Positions 39,691-52,232 of a DNA stretch of 64,000 bases are shown here, in pieces. The notes below the pieces were generated by a model. That model was not told the origin of the DNA. It did no database searches and saw nothing but the letters and a program-made list of their open reading frames with translations. Origin of the DNA: Mobula hypostoma (Eukaryota). The translations under genes were made by a program, and so were the position numbers. The stretch spans positions 38,566,001 through 38,630,000 of the forward strand of contig NC_086108.1 of assembly GCF_963921235.1 (NCBI RefSeq), written 5' to 3'. Position 1 is the first letter of the stretch, and each line of letters starts with the position of its first letter.

Positions 39691-40813
39691 ATGCCTCCTA
39701 AACCGCAACAAAAGAAGTCTGCTGTTGCGAAGCAGCCGCGAGAGGGGAAGAAAAAAGGGCCTACTGCAACGATGGAGCCTCGGACTCAGGTTGGATCTCC
39801 TTCGGTAGAACAGGGAGCAATGGCGGCGGTAGCGGTCTCTCCGAAGAAGATGCTGGAAATGCGCATGCGCAAAGAAGAGTGCACGCGCAAACCGACACAA
39901 CACAAACTACAAGAACCGACAGCCACTGCAATTGAAAATGACTCAGAGTCAGAATTGGATTCTGCAGAGAACACAGATGAAGAAGAGGAGGAAGAATTGG
40001 AAGCGATTGGAAGTAAAGGAGATGATAGAGACATAAGAGAGGCTATATTGCAATTAACGGCTGAACTAAGAAAAGTAAGAGAAGAGCTTAGAGATACGAA
40101 GATGTGCTATAATAAAGTTATGGAAAGACAGGACAAAATGGATAAGAAGCTTCAAAAGATGGAAAGAGCAATGGGGCATATGAATGATAGAGTGGAAAAA
40201 ACAGAAAATGATTTGCTTGTCTGGAACTCGGAAAGAAATCAACTCTTGGAGAAAGTGGACATGTTGGAAAATTTCAGTAGACGTAATAATATTAAAATTG
40301 TTGGTCTTAAAGAAGGTATGGAGGGAGAAAAACCAATAGAATTTTTTCAAAAATGGATCCCGGATGTTTTGCAAATGGAAGAGGAGGTTCGACCAATTGA
40401 AATTGAGCGGGCACATAGAGCTCTAAGACCAAAACCAAAAGATGACCAATATCCACGATCGATTTTAATAAAATTCTTAAGATTTCAAGACAAGGAAAGG
40501 ATTCGACAGGCAGCTGCTCGAGCTGCCAAGGATAGAAAAGGGCCATTGATAATTAAAGGGAGAAAAGTTTTTTTCTACCCTGATATAAGTTATGAACTTT
40601 TGAAGAGAAGGAAGAAATTTAATCCAGTGAAAAAAATCCCTATAGGATCATGGTTATCAATTTATACTGCGTTATCCTGCAACCTTGAAGATTTTTTTGC
40701 CTGGTGGAGAAAAAAGATTTTTTGATGACTACCAGAAAGCAGAGCAGTTTGTGCGAGATTCTCTGAATATTCACCAGATACAAGAACAAATCCAGGGGAG
40801 CGAGATAGATTGA
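39691..40813 (+). pseudogene. L1 ORF1p (coiled coil, RRM, CTD), disrupted near 40635
   Basis: LENFSRRNNIKIVGLKEG, IERAHR, PRSILIKF, FYPDIS. A frameshift and TAG occur near 40635-40645; the frame resumes as GYQFILRYPATLKI and stops at 40813. Confidence 0.88.
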
Positions 40814-41278
40814 AGATGAAGATTGGGTTAAAGAATGGACTTGTTGGATTTTTGAAGCTGGATGAATGTATAAATATATCATTAATTATACGGGGGGGTA
40901 AGAAAGGTTAAAACTGGAGGAATATTAGTTGGGAATAGTAACATTAATTTTGCCTATATATATATAATTTTTTTTTGTTGCTGGGGAGCTGGAAGAAGCA
41001 CTGATCGATTGCTACGCTAATCATGTGTGCAAGCGTGGTTTTTGCCACAACCCGTAAAATGGAGGGGGGTAGTGTTGTGTATCTTTTCATTCACAACATT
41101 AGTGGGGGGGGGTATTTTGTTTTTTCTTTTTTTGTATTCTTTCTATCTTTTCTTTTTGCCTGGAAGGTTGGGAGGGAAACACATAACAACATGGTGAAGT
41201 TTAAAGAGATTCCCCAAGGAACTATGAGAGTTGAGAAGATAAGTAATGTTTTAGATTGGAGTAACTTTGTTAAGAATA

Positions 41279-44200
41279 ATGACTAATTTATTGAATTTTT
41301 TGAGTTTTAATGTTAATGGGCTCAACGGACCAGTAAAAAGAAAAAGAATCTTAACACATATTAAAAAAATGAAGATAGATTTAGCTTTTTTACAGGAAAC
41401 GCACCTAACAGAAACAGAACATCAGAAACTAAAGAGAGATTGGGTGGGTAGTGTTGTTGCGGCTTCTTTTAATTCAAAAGCGAGGGGAGTAGCAATTTTG
41501 ATCAATAAAACGTTACCAATTAGAATACAAAATGTAATAACTGATTCTGCGGGGAGATATGTGATTATACATTGTCAACTTTTTTCTGAATTATGGACTT
41601 TTATGAATATTTATGCACCAAACGAAAATGATGCAAAATTCATACAAGAAGCTTTTCTGAATTTGGCGGATGCACATGATAAAATATTAATTGGAGGAGA
41701 CTTTAATTTTTGCTTAGACCCAGTCTTAGATAGATCAACCAAGGCTGTTATAAAATCGAAGGTAGTTAATTTAACTTTATCATTGATGAAGGATTTAAAT
41801 TTGATTGATATATGGAGAAGAATCAATCCTAAAGAAAGAGACTATTCGTTCTACTCCCATAGACATAAAACTTACTCAAGGATAGATTTGTTTCTATTAT
41901 CAATGCATATTCAACACAGAGTGAAAAATATGGAATATAAAGCAAGAATATTATCAGATCATTCCCCTTTATTAATGACAATAATAATGGCTGATAAGGA
42001 AGAAGTGGCTTATAGATGGAGATTTAATTCAACATTATTAAAACGTCAAGATTTCTGTGATTTTATGAAAAAGCAGATTCAATTTTTTTTGGATACAAAT
42101 TTTCATTCAGTGGATGATAAATTTATATTATGGGATGCGATGAAAGCATATCTTAGGGGCCAGATAATAAGTTATACGTCTAAAATTAAGAAAGAATATA
42201 TGGCAGAACTAGATCAATTGGAAAAAGAGATTACAAAAATAGAAAAAGAATCTCAAAGATATATGTCAGAAGAAAAACGAAGACAACTTGTTAATAAGAA
42301 GTTACAATATAATACGCTTCAGACATATAGAACGGAAAAAGCAATTATAAGAACTGAAGAAAGGTATTATGAGTTAGGTGAGAGAGCACATAAAATTCTT
42401 GCCTGGCAGTTGAAAACAGAACAAGCTTCCAAAACAATAAATGCAATTAGAACAAGGGCAAATAAAATATCTTATAAATCTCTTGAAATAAATGAAACTT
42501 TTAAAAATTTCTATTCTGAATTATATCAATCAGAATCCCAAAATGATGTTAATGAGATAGAAAGGTTTTTATCACAAATTTCTCTTCCCAAATTGAATTT
42601 GGAAGAACAGAAGGGATTAGATATGCCTTTTACATTAAAAGAAGTTGAAGAAGCTTTAGGATCACTCCAAAGTAATAAATCTCCAGGAGAAGATGGTTTT
42701 CCACCTGAATTTTATAAAAAATTTAAAGATTTATTATTTCCTCTTTTTATGGAACTAATACGTCAAGCAGAAAAAATACATAAACTTCCAGAATCTTTTT
42801 CAACAGCGATTGTAATAGTATTGCCAAAAAAAGACAGAGACCCTATGAAACCAACATCATACAGGCCTATTTCTTTATTGAATACGGATTATAAAATAAT
42901 AGCAAAAATTTTATCGAATAGATTATCTAAGTATTTACCAAAATTAATACATATGGATCAAACAGGATTTATTAAAAATAGACAATTGGCAGATAATGTA
43001 ACCCGGCTACTCAGTATAATTCATTTGGCACAAAAAAGGGATGAGAAGAGTATAGTAGTAGCTTTGGATGCAGAAAAAGCATTTGATAGATCAGAATGGG
43101 ATTTTTTATTTAAAGTATTAGAAAAATATGGGTTGGGAACATCTTTTATAAATTGGATTAAAACTTTAAATTCTAACCCTAAAGCTAAAGTAGTGACAAA
43201 TTCTCAAATTTCAACACCATTCCAGTTAAAAAGGTCAACTAGACAAGGTTGTCCATTATCACCTGCTTTATTTGTACTGGCGATAGAGCCATTAGCAGAA
43301 CTAATCAGAATTGATCCAGATATTATGGGTTTTAGAGTTAATCAGGAGGAATATAAAATTAATCTTTTTGCCGATGATGTTTTGATCTATTTAACAAACC
43401 CACAACATTCGTTACATAAACTATCTTCTAGATTGGATGAATATGGGAAGGTATCAGGTTACAAAATAAATTGGGATAAAAGTGAAATTTTACCTCTTAC
43501 TAAAGGAGACTATAGTCAATGTCGCTTAGTAACCCAATTTAGATGGCCGGTAAATGGTATAAAGTATTTAGGTATAAGACTTGATAATGATGTAAAGAAT
43601 TTATATAAATTTAATTATTTACCACTGTTGAAAAAAATTCAAGAAGATTTTGACAGATGGATGATACTACCAATAACATTAGTAGGTAGAGTCAATGTTG
43701 TAAAAATGAATATATTTCCTAGATTACAGTATTTGTTTCAAACATTACCAATACAATTGCCACAGAAATTTTTTCAAGAGTTAAATAAATGTGTGAGAAA
43801 ATTTCTTTGGAAAGGTAAAATGTCAAGAATATCATTGGAAAAATTGACATGTAAATTTAGGTTAGGAGGGTTACAACTTCCAAATTTTAAAAACTATTAT
43901 AAAGCAAATCAACTTAGATTTATTGCATCTTTCTTCGATGATCAAAAACCAGCATGGATTAAAATAGAACTAGATAAGATAGGAGAAACTAGACCTGAAG
44001 ATTTTATATATAAATGGGAATCTAAATGGATACGGGAAAAGAAAGAATCTCCTATATTAACACATTTGATTGATTTATGGAATAAGATAAATGATGATAA
44101 TGAAACACAGAAATCTCTATTAGCAAGGAGACCTTTGTTTCAAAACAGACTTATTCCTTTTACAATGGACAATCAACTTTTATATAATTGGTACCAAAAA

Positions 44201-45055
44201 GGAATTAAATTTATAGGAGATTGTTTTGAGCGAAGTATATTGATGTCATTTGAACAATTAAAGGATAAATATAAAATATCTAATAATACTTTCTTTTGTT
44301 ACTTTCAATTAAGGGCTTATTTAAAAGGTAAGCTGGGTCAAACAATGTTTTTGCCAAAACCTAATGAAATTGAAATTTTAATTCAAAAAGGGAAAATTAA
44401 AAAATTTATTTCTTGTATGTATAATTTGATTCAAGAACAGACAATTAAACAAGGAACCCATAAGTCAAAGCAAAAATGGGAAACAGATTTGAATATTAAT
44501 ATTGATGAAACAAATTGGTCAAGACTGTGTCTTGACAGTATGACAAATACAATAAATGTTCGACTTAGATTAGTACAATATAATTTTTTACACCAATTAT
44601 ATATTACACCACAAAAAATAAATAGATTAAATTCAAATCTATCTGATAAATGCTTTTAGTGTAATCAAGAAATTGGTACTTTTTTACATTCTACTTGGTC
44701 TTGTTTTAAAATTCAACCCTTTTGGATAAATTTAAGAGTCTTATTGGAACAAATTACTGGAACTCAACTTCCACATAACCCTGTATTATTTCTATTAGGT
44801 GATATTGAAGGGATAAAACCGAAACTTAAATTGAATAAATATCAGAAAGAATTTATAAAAATTGCATTGGCAGTAGCTAAGAAGACTATAGCAGTTACTT
44901 GGAAATCTGATTCGTATTTAAATATGGATCGTTGGAATAATGAAATGGCTAGTTCTATTCCACTCGAAAAAATTACTTATAATTTAAGAGATAAATATGT
45001 AACATTTTTGAATATGTGGCGCCCTTATTTACAAAAGATAGGATGGCATATTTAA
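41279..45055 (+). pseudogene. L1 ORF2p (APE endonuclease, reverse transcriptase, CCHC) with one premature stop
   Basis: SFNVNGLN, FLQETHL, GGDFN, SDHSP; SPGEDG, YRPISLLNTDYK, RQGCPLSP, LFADD. A TAG at 44657-44659 interrupts CF*CNQEIGTFLHSTWSC; the frame continues to 45055. Confidence 0.93.
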
Positions 45056-46014
45056 GTGCTCCGATAAAGACCTTGGTCCCTTGGGGAAAGTAACAAATAA
45101 TTATACCAAATTTATTTTGAATCCCATGGAGCATGTGGAAACCTTCCAATACCCAGGCGGTTCTTTTCTTTTTTCTCTCTTTCTTTCTTTTTAGCTAGGA
45201 CTATATATATGGGGGGGGGAGGGTTAAGGGGAGGGGGGAGGGTAGATTTTATCTTTTCATGTATTCTTTTTGAAAACTCAATAAAAATTATATTTTTAAA
45301 AAAAACATGATTTTAATTGCATGTGAAGTCCATACAAGAAATGAATGGTGGTCAGTTCGACCAAAGCTTCATGGATCTGTCACAGCTGATTAAAACTATG
45401 CACATTTCCAAATACTGTTACAAAATTATGTGGTTCTGATCTACACATGGTGTTACAGTTTTGTGCAATATATTTTAGTCCAGCCATTAATGTGCTAACT
45501 TTTAAACAGTTGATTTTATTGATTTAATATCTGATTCATATATTGTGCATAAGAAAGAACATTGGAAATATGAACTCTGCATTCTGGGATTACATTGGAA
45601 AGAAAAATGTGCCCTGGGTACAGCCAAACAGTGATCACAGGACATTAAAAGATCTCTCTCCTCCTATACTTATGCTCAATGGGATTTTCTGACAGTCTAT
45701 CAATAAAATTGGACATTTATGAGCTTAGCTGCCAGAGAAGGACGGAGAGTAGATCTGGAGTGTGCAGTTGAAGAGAAGAATCTATTCCTGGTAAAAGTAT
45801 TAATATGGTCTGAAGCAAGAACCAGAATTTACCCCATGTGTAAATACCATTGATATATTTTGCCCTTTGACAACTTTTCAACTGTTTTCACCAGATAACC
45901 AGTCTGGATGCTGCATTTGTAAATGCTGCCATTTGAATTTTTATCCCTAGTATGTCAATTCTAATAAAGAGATTCCATTATCACCATGAAATAAATTGAA
46001 TTTTCCTTCCTTAT

Positions 46015-46960
46015 TACTGACTAACGTGCAAGTTAGCCTTTAGGAAACTCTGCATGAGGACTCCCATGTCTCTTTGTATCTCCAATTTCTGGATTTGCTC
46101 CTCATTTAGAAAACAGTCTATACCTTATTCCTTCTACCATATTGCCATACCAAATGACCATATAGTTCCCCATGTTACATTCCATCTGCCATTTTTTGCC
46201 AATTCTCCTAACCTGTCTAAGCTCCACCTATCTTTGTATCATCATCAAACTTGACCAGACAGCCATCAATTCCATCATCCAGATTATTAACTCATAATGT
46301 GAAAGGTAGTGGACCCATCACCAACTCCTGGGGAACACCACTAGTCACAAGCAGCCGGTCTGAAAAAGCACCCTTTATTCCTGCTCTTTCCTCCTGCCAG
46401 TCAGCCAGCCTTCTATCCAAGTCAGTATCTTTCCTGTAATACCATGGGCTCTCATCTTGTTTAGCAGCTTCATTTGCAGCACCTTATCAAAGGTCTTCTG
46501 AAAATCAAAGTAAGCAACATCAACTGACTCTCTTTTGTCTATCTTGCTTATTGTTTCCTCAAAGGATTTCATTTGTCAGGCAAACTTTCCCCTTTCCCCG
46601 TGCTGATTTTGGCTTATTTTATCAGGTGCCTCAAAATTCCCAGAAACTTCATCTTTAATAATGGACTCTAACAACTTGTCACCTACTAAGTTCATCTTAA
46701 CTGGCCATAATTTCCTCTCCTATGCTTCCCTCACTTCTTAAAGAGTGGAGTGACATTTGCAATTTTTCAGTTCTATGGAACCATTCCAGAATCTGGGGAT
46801 TCTTGAAAAATCACTACTAATGCCTCCACAATCTCTTCACCTACTTCTTTCAGAAAACTGGGGTGTAATCCATGTGGTCCAGGTAACCTATCTACCTTCA
46901 CACATTTCAGCTTCCCAAACAACGTCTCCTTAGTAATAGCGACTACACTTAATTCTGACA
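46015..46960 (-). mobile_element. Older CR1 RT fragment
   Basis: VDVAYFDFQKTFDKV; PGPHGLHPSFLKEV. Confidence 0.8.
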
Positions 46961-46967
46961 CTGTCTA

Positions 46968-47631
46968 CATAGAAACATAGAAACATAGAAAATAGGTGCA
47001 GGAGTAGGCCATTCGGCCCTTCGAGCCTGCACCGCCATTTATTATGATCATGGCTGATCATCCAACTCAGAACCCAGCCTTCCCTCCATACCCCCTGACC
47101 CCTGTAGCCACAAGGGCCATATCTAACTTCCTTTTAAACATAGCTAATGAACTGGCCTCAACAGTTTGCTGTGGCAGAGAATTCCACAGATTCACCACTC
47201 TCTGTGTGAAGAAGTTTTTCCTAACCTCGGTCCTAAAAGGCTTCCCCTCTATCCTCAAACTGTGACCCCTCGTTCTAGACCTCCCCAACATCGGGAACAA
47301 TCTTCCTGCATCTAGCCTGTCCAATCCCTTTAGGATCTTATACGTTTCAATCAGATCCCCCCTCAATCTTCTAAATTCCAACGAGTACAAGCCCAGTTCA
47401 TCCAGTCTTTCTTCATATGAAAGACCTGCCATCCCAGGAATCAATCTGGTGAACCTTCTTTGTACTCCCTCTATGGCAAAGATGTCTTTCCTCAGATTAG
47501 GGGACCAAAACTGCACACAATACTCCAGGTGTGGTCTCACCAAGGCCTTGTACAACTGCAGTAGTACCTCCCTGCTCCTGTACTCGAATCCTCTCGCTAT
47601 AAATGCCAGCATACCGTTCGCCTTTTTCACC
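46968..47631 (-). mobile_element. Young CR1 subfamily, 5'-truncated copy
   Basis: Intact 187-aa C-terminus and (TTTCTATG)n tail. Confidence 0.95.
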
Positions 47632-48990
47632 TAGCCAATGGTAAGGTAGGCATGGCTGGGACTGATGCAAATGCCTATGGCTGTACCTCTTGTCTGGAAA
47701 AAGTGGGAGGAGCTGAACGAGAAGTTGTTAAGGGCGAGTACCATTTCTACCTGACGGAGGGTGACAGTGGTGGAGGGGAATTGGTTGAATGTGTTATCAA
47801 GAAAGAAGCAGAGGGCCTTGAGGCCTTCCGGGGGGTGCGGGGGGGAGGATGGAAGTGTGCAAGGATTGGACATGTCTGATGAAAATGAAGCGGGCAGGTT
47901 CAGGGGACTGTTGAAATGGAAGAGAGCGTATGAAGTTCCATGGATGTAGATGCAAAGGGACTGAACCAAGAAGGTCAAAATGGAGTTATACAAAGATACA
48001 AGTTCAGTGGAAAAGGAGTAGTCAGAAACATTGGTCCTACTAAGGCACATAGTTTTATAGATCTTGTTAGGATGTAAAAGCAAGCAGTGTTGGGTCGGGG
48101 AACTATAAATTTAGAGCCTGTAGAGGGGAAATCTCCATCGGCGATCAGTTCAGTGATGGTGTGGGAGACAGAGATATGATGCTTCTCAGTGGTGTCCTGG
48201 TTCAGCTGTAAGTAAGAGGTATCTGAGAGCTGCTGTATGGCCTCAGCAAGGTAGAGGACAGTCCGCCAGACTACAACAGCACCACCCTTGCCTGCGAGTT
48301 TTATGATGAGGTTGGGATTAGTGCAGAGAGAGTGGAGGGCAGTGTGTTCAAAGAGGGTCAGTTTGGAAAAGGCGATTAGAGTGGTGAGGTCGACACAGTT
48401 AATGTCCTATCAGAAGTCGATGATGAAAAAATCCAGAGCAGGGACTCCAAGAGGAGGAGGGCTGAAGGCAGAAGAAGGGGTTATTGGTGGAGTTTGAGGT
48501 AGTCTTGCCAAAGAAGGAGGCCCAGAGATAAAAGCAATGGAAGAAGAGCTTGGTGTCATAGCTGGCACAGAACTCATCAAAGTGTGGGTGCAGAGGAACA
48601 TAGGCAAGGCCCCTGCGGAGGACAGAACGTTTTGCCTCAGAGAGTGGAAGTTCAGAGGACATAGTGAAGACATGGCAGGGATTGGAGTTGGGTCAGGCAA
48701 GGGTAGAGGGTTGGAGGGTTCAGAGGAGAGAGGAGGATTAGAGGGGTCAAGGAAGGTGGTGTAGGAGGAAGTAGGGTCTCGGAGGAGTGAAGGAAGAATG
48801 AGAGGCAGGGAATGTGTGAGTCTAGGGGTGGGTGGAAAGTGGTGGTGGAAGAATTTTAAGGGCCATAGGATCCAGCTGTGGCATGAGGTGTCTCTCAAAT
48901 GGAAGTTTAGTGAGTGGGTCTCACAGAACTTGTACTAGAGAGAGAAGGGAAACTTCTTCAGAGTAGGAATACCTCAAAAAGACTTTACAG
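47632..48990 (-). mobile_element. Penelope-like element, N-terminal/RT part, degraded
   Basis: LSEAKRSVLRRGLAYVP; LALNNFSF..FQTRGTAIG..SPSHAYL (Penelope RT motif QxxGxAMG). Confidence 0.8.
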
Positions 48991-49147
48991 TGGAGTAGAA
49001 AAATGGAGACACAAGAGAGACTGCAAATGCTGGAAATCTAGAGCAATAAACACAAAATTCAAACTTTGAAGATTTCAGAAAATACTTGGCTGACCTCCCA
49101 CCTTAGATTATGAGGACACTCAGAAATGCATGCATTAAAAAATGTTA

Positions 49148-49882
49148 TGTAACGCTCATTTATATTGGCTCGTATATGTCTAGGGGAAATCCCACCCAGC
49201 ACCTGCCTCAACGCTTCCCATGGAGTCGGTTGCCACCCGAATCAATCAATCAATCAATCATCATCCAGCACACCCAGTGCGTTTTACCAAGTACACTTTA
49301 TAGATATTACTAAATCTATGACATTAATATAAATTCGATACAGAAAAGGAAGTAATGAAAAAAAAGGCGCCAAGACTTATCAAAGTCCAAGTTCTTTGCG
49401 CGCAACCGTTGGAGCTCAATCGATTCCTGACGACCACCCGGATCCTGTCGACTCACGGCTCGGGACCACCCAGAGTGATCGACCGGAGCCTCTCCGCACA
49501 TCCACCGTCCTCCCCGTCTGTCCTCCAACTCCCCGTCTCTCCTCCGACTCCCTGTCTCTCCACCGTCCTCCCCGTCTCTCCTCTGACTCCTCGTCTCTCC
49601 TCCGACTCCCCATCAAAACCCCATCCACCGTCCTCCCCGTCTCTCCTCCGACTCCCCCCAAAAACCCCGTCCCCAGTCATATGAGACAGCATTGTCATCC
49701 GGAAACGAAATGATACATGAACACCCATTGGCTAATAGCACCCTGCTATCTGTATTAACCCAAGCAACTGTCTAGCTAGAGACTTTCTCAGCATTTAACA
49801 TAACAAAGAAGCATTCCCCAGTATAACATGACAAAGAAGCCATTTTAAATTTAACATACAAAAAAAAGAAAGACCCTGTACA
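49148..49882 (-). mobile_element. Solo LTR (735 bp) with 4-bp TSD
   Basis: TGTA...TACA termini, GTTA TSD at 49144-49147 and 49883-49886, CCAAT on the - strand at ~49726, internal tandem repeats. Confidence 0.8.
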
Positions 49883-50439
49883 GTTACAATGTTCCTCCAG
49901 AGAGATATCACAGAAAACAGGACAAACCAAGACTAACTGACAAAACCACATAATTATAACATCTTGTTACAACAGTGCAAAACAATACTGTAATTTGATA
50001 AAGAGCAGACCATGAGCACGGTTAAAAAAAAAGTCTCAAGTCCCGATAGCCCCATCATCTCATTGGTGAGCACTGCCTTGCACGAGGGGAGGACGGTAGG
50101 CTGCTTTCCAAGCATTGAATGACTTGCCCAACTTGGGCTGTGATGTCAACCTTTTCCTTCTGCATTACCTCCTCCAACTTCCCCTTACGCACCATTGACT
50201 AACTTAAGGGAGAAAACTAGCTGCCAGTGTAATAGGAAATTGGAGGAAAATTTCATTCTAAAGATGGTCCAGTAGGGCAATTTTTGAGGAGGAGGTGCGA
50301 GATGGAAGAGGTGAATTCCGGGCCTAAGCCTACAGACAATTCTGATAAGGTTAATGATGAAGAATTACGATTTTCTGAAGTCATTTCACTGCACTAGTGC
50401 AGCAATGGACACAAAAGAAGTCCATCTTTACAGTGAAAG

Positions 50440-51365
50440 ATACTTATCAATGTGTTTTACATGGACTGGTGATCCGAGTTGTCCTATTCCATTGTGCCTA
50501 GCAGAGGCAAACAACTTACAAATGTAGCAATGGCTCCAGCGAAATTGAAAAAAACATTTAACTACAAATCACAGCCATATGATATGGAAAAGTGCTGATT
50601 ATTTTAAACAACTATAGGAATCTCAAAACAAACAGATTGAAGCTTTTGAAAAGAAGTCACAGTCAGCAAAAATTTTCAGGTAGCAAGTTATGTAGTAGCT
50701 TTAAGACCAATTCACTCAAGAATGTTTAAAAAACTGTGTGAAGAACTGGACAAAGAGCACACCAATCTCCTGCTACATACAGAAATCTAGTGGCTTAGCA
50801 GGGGAAGACTTTGCAACAGGATGAAAGGTGAATTGCAGGAGTACTTACAAGAAAATAGCAGGCTAGATTTTGGTGAGTGCTTTGAAGATGAAGAATGGCT
50901 GCAGAAGTTAGCCTACAGAACTTAACAGAACTTTTTCATCATATGAACCTGTTGAACAAGTCTCAGCAAGGCCCTGGAGAAAATGTTTTGCCTTCAAGTG
51001 GCAAGATTCTTGGATTTACAAGGAAAGTGAATCTTTGAAAAAATTATATTGCCAAAGGAAATCTTGAAATGTTTCCACTGCTGCTTGGGCTTGAGAGCGA
51101 GGAAAGGGAAGAAAGAAATTAATTTCAAGAAAAGTAAACTAAACTTAACTACCTGTTTTTTTTCTTTCAAGAAAGGTTGGCTAAAAATTCATTCTCTACT
51201 CAAAGGAGAATTGACAATTATTTTTGAATTATTATATCCACAAGGTACTGATCACACTAACGTACTGTGAGCCGTAGATATATTCATTTTTATGCAGGGT
51301 GTCCCTGAGACCAGGAAATTGCTTCAAGGGTTCCTCCAGAACAAAAAGTTTGAGAAAGGCCGCTC
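50440..51365 (+). mobile_element. hAT (Charlie/Buster, ZBED8/FAM200-like) transposon remnant
   Basis: [51 protein letters not shown]. hAT-like end gtttgagaaaggccg. Confidence 0.8.
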
Positions 51366-51522
51366 TGTGCTCTGACCTGCACATGTTGCTGTGGCCCCGT
51401 CATGACCTACAAATCATGGCCTCTAATTCTGGCCCCACACTCAACTTTGATTTCCATCGCCAGTCCTGCTTTTTGATGCTGGAGTTCTAAGTCTTGCTGA
51501 AATCAGCTCCCAAAACCTTTCC

Positions 51523-52232
51523 TGTACCTAATAAAGTGGCCACTGAGTGTATGTGCATGGTCTACTGCTGCTGTAGCCTTTCAAAGTTCGACATGTGTGT
51601 TCAGAGATACCCGTCTGCACGCCACTGTTGTGTTACTGTCACCTTCTCTGAGCCTCTCTGGCCATTCTCCACTAGCCCCTCTCATTAACAAGGCATTTTC
51701 ATCGGTAGAACTGCCATTCACTGGGTGTTTTTATTTGTTTTCCACGCCATTCCCTGTAAACTTTGGAGACTGTTGCACATGAAAATGCCTGGAGATCAGC
51801 AGTTTCCAAGATACTCAAACCACCCTTTCTGGCACCAGCATTCATTCCATGGTCAAAGTCACTTAGATCGCATTTCTTTCCCATTCTGATGTTTGGTCTG
51901 TTCTGTGGAATTCTCTGCCACAGCAAACTGTTGAGGCCAGTTCATTAGCTATGTTTAAAAGGAAGTTAGATATGGCCCTTGTGGCTACAGGGGTCAGGGG
52001 GTATGGAGGGAAGGCTGGGTTCTGAGTTGGATGATCAGCCATGATCATAATAAATGGCGGTGCAGGCTCGAAGGGCCGAATGGCCTACTCCTGCACCTAT
52101 TTTCTATGTTTCTATGTTTCTATATCTGCATGCTTTTACATATTGAGTTGTTGCTACATCATTGGCTGGTTAGATATTTGCATTAATGAGCAGGTGTACA
52201 GGTGTACCTAATAAAGAGACCACCGAGTGTAT
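51523..52232 (-). mobile_element. Tc1-derived non-autonomous element interrupted by a young CR1
   Basis: MGKKCDLSDFDHGM..GLSILETADL..TVSKVYREW (Tc1 HTH). The terminal motif tgtacctaataaag..gagtgta occurs at both ends. Confidence 0.75.
51903..52123 (+). mobile_element. Young CR1 subfamily, short 3' copy
   Basis: Matches the last ~220 bp of the 59312-60181 copy. Confidence 0.92.

Larger units (their letters stand above)
39545..45303 (+). mobile_element. Full-length L1 (LINE-1 clade) retrotransposon
   Basis: G-rich 5' start, ORF1 and ORF2, AATAAA at 45280 and a short A tail. TSD AACATGATTTT at 39534-39544 and 45304-45314. Confidence 0.95.

Noticed and set aside
49500..49660. Repeat array considered as CRISPR-like
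   Set aside because: Vertebrate context, no unique spacers and no cas genes; it is a minisatellite.
49355..49728. Several overlapping Pro/Ser- or Arg/Gly-rich ORFs
   Set aside because: They are artefacts of the tandem repeat inside the solo LTR.
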